Under the pieces are notes generated by a model, which saw nothing but the letters and a program-made list of their open reading frames with translations, was not told the origin of the DNA and did not search any database. A stretch of 64,000 nucleotides of DNA from Octopus sinensis. Its lineage: Eukaryota. Of the stretch, positions 61,760-64,000 are shown one piece after another. The stretch lies in contig NC_043006.1 in NCBI RefSeq assembly GCF_006345805.1, positions 31,124,001-31,188,000 of the forward strand, written 5' to 3'. Position numbers and translations under genes: made by a program. Numbering within the stretch: position 1 is the stretch's first letter; each line of letters opens with the position of its first letter.

Positions 61760-64000
61760 GCATGGCTCAGTGGTTAGAGCATCGATCTCACGACTGTGAG
61801 GTTGTGAGTTCGAAATGCAGCCCGGGCTGCCTGTTGTGTTCTTGAGCAAGACACTTTATTTCACGTTGCTCCTGTTCACTCAGCTGTAGAAATGGGTTGC
61901 GATGTCACTGGTGCCAAACTGTATCGGCCCCTTTGCCTTTCCCTTGGATTAATATCGGTGGTATGGACAGGCACGGAGGAAGCAGCTATGGGGTGCTCAG
62001 CTCCCCCAGTTAGAATCTCAGCTCCTCCACCCCAGTAAGAGAATTTTGTTCTTTTGATTGTCGCCAGCAATATCTGAAGCAATATCTGAAGTCGCTAAAG
62101 ATGCAATAAATTGAATTTCTTTTGATTTAGTAGTTAGTGATGTAAAAATGTGGGTAAATTAGAGCTGGTCAAAGTGTTTGTTGTAACTGTAATTGTTGCC
62201 GCAGAATTGGCTGCTGACTCGGTCATCAACTGTGGGTTGAATTTAGGAGTGGGTGATGCTGGGTCAGTTGTTATTGTTGTTGTTGTGGTGCTCGTGGTGG
62301 CGACGGCGGTGCTGGTGATTGTCCTTGTTGCTGTTGAAAAGTACGTGAAGAATTGTTGCTGTAGTTAGAGATTTATGTAGTAAACGCATCACTTACACAC
62401 GTATATATATGAACAGAGACATTAAAAAGTCAGTTTATTTCTACTAGTCAGAGAGGATTTATTATTCGCGAAAAAGGGAAGAACATTTTTGAAATTTCCC
62501 AAAATATACATTCAGAAAGTATTTTTCAGATGAGAACTTTCACTGAATATTTTTTCTTACACTGAACAAAGTTTATGCTGAAATTATTTTGTGTTTAACT
62601 AAAAAAGCATAACTTAGAAGAAATTGAAAAAAAAAACGAAATCTCTTTTGAACCGAAATCTCTTTTGAGTTTAATTTAAAAATACATAAATTTTAAGAAA
62701 TTGTTACTCTTACTACGATATACTACCTTAGAATTAATTATTGCAAATATCGGTGCCAAAAAATAATGAATCACTACCGAAAAAGAAAACTGAAGCAATC
62801 ATTGCTGAATTTCCAATCCGATTCATCTAATGCAGCTCAAGGGAGGTCTTGCAAAGTCTTTGACACCTTCATTGGATGATCTAGGACAGGTCGACTGCTA
62901 ACCAGTGCAGCCAGTTCTAGCAAAGTTTGATCCAAAAGTTTATGGAAATCAAAGACATGACTTCTCGTCAAGCTGGTTTACTGGTCATTTATGGTTAGTG
63001 TATTCTCTTTCAAAGAAAGCCTTGTTTCGTTTTGCTTGTTTGCTCAAGCTGATACTTGTTTTATTAAAAATGGATATTCTAATTGGCATCATGCAGAAGA
63101 AAAAAAAAACAAAGGTTTAAATAAGCACGCAAACTCTGCATCCCATATTCAAGCTATGGTAACATGGAAGGAACGCCAACAGCGTTTATCCACAACAATA
63201 TCCGTGTCTTCAATCTTGCAAAATGATCAGTTGAGCAAAAACCGTTAATTATATCAGTTCCATTGTTGATATTGTTCATTTTCCTTGTGCAAACGAATTG
63301 CCTTTTCGAGGAAACGCAAATGAAGCTTTTCAGGATCTTTATTCGGAAGATGATACGTAGCCTTTTGGTCTTTTTATGAAATTATTCCAGTACACATTAG
63401 AGAAAGACTCAAAGCTAATGGAATGTTACAGCACGATTCCAAAAAATGTGACCTACACCTCAGCAGCAATGCAAAACGAAATCATCGAATTGTTGAGAAG
63501 ACACACTGTCAGCCTCGTGGTCAATGTTTATTTGATATAATACAAAAATAATGTTTAAAGATTTGGCTGTTATCTCTAGCATGTAGAAAGACCTTTTAGG
63601 CTTAACTATGTGCTTGTTGAAAATCCTTTTTTTAAAATATTGGAGTCGATACATTTGACTAAAAGTTTTTCGGGGTGATGCCCCAGCATGGCCTCAGTTT
63701 ACTGATTGCAACAAGTAAAATGAAAATAAAAACGAAATATATCGGAAGTTTTGACCAGGTAAGGCGTCAAGAAATGTGAAAAAAAAAAGAAAAAATAACC
63801 GAAAAATATAAGCATTGTCCACTTTCACCCTTTAAGTAGGAGCTTTTGTCCGTACCCCTTTTCAGCACCCCCAGTTGCAATCGGCTGGCAACGTGGCTGG
63901 GTATGGACAGGGGAGGCTGGTATGTAAGGCCGACTGCTGGTCTTCCATAAACAACCTTGCTCGGACTTGTGCCCTGGAGTGGAACTCCCTAGGTGCAATC
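61760..64000 (+). mobile_element. SINE family D split by the hAT insertion (61760-61967 and 63900-64000)
   Basis: The head and core match 59170-59375. The sequence resumes after the hAT element with the duplicated ggtatgga; that the resumed part is SINE tail is inferred from the TSD. Confidence 0.8.
61968..63899 (+). mobile_element. Internally deleted hAT transposon (ZnF_TTF/DUF4371, Tip100/ZMYM1-like) with 8-bp TSD
   Basis: TSD GGTATGGA at 61960-61967 and 63900-63907. Termini CAGGCACG.. / ..CGTGGCTG. Internal translation FSSSWF...WLVYS..K.ALF.FAC, F...GYSNWH...GLNKHANSASH, IVDIVHF...NELPFRG, YTSAAMQNEIIELL. Confidence 0.9.

Overview
This is AT-rich, microsatellite-saturated metazoan genomic DNA. 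The SINE families, LINE complement and repeat texture look like an octopod cephalopod (Octopus sp.), which is an inference from recalled repeat families and not a database result. I find no host protein-coding exon I can support, so the window is probably intergenic or inside a large intron. Most ORFs in the supplied track are microsatellite artefacts; the rest are transposon remnants. Retroelements: at least five tRNA-derived SINE families, R4/Dong-type REL-endonuclease LINEs embedded in (TACA)n or (TAA)n, two CR1 LINEs, RTE LINEs (one young) and Penelope fragments. DNA elements: a Helitron Rep-helicase remnant with non-autonomous partners, mariner and maT pieces, a complete internally deleted hAT element with an 8-bp TSD, a MULE derivative with a 9-bp TSD, and several MITE/foldback elements. 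There is a 100-N assembly gap at 4054-4153. The most interesting signals are: (1) minimal hammerhead-ribozyme-like motifs in the tail of a tRNA-headed SINE and in tandem Penelope-like terminal repeats; (2) a MULE whose TIRs carry octamer and CCAAT boxes and whose TSD resembles an E2F site; (3) microsatellite-embedded Dong LINEs that carry their flanking repeat inside the 3'UTR; (4) a cluster of perfect hairpins beside an inverted Dong copy.
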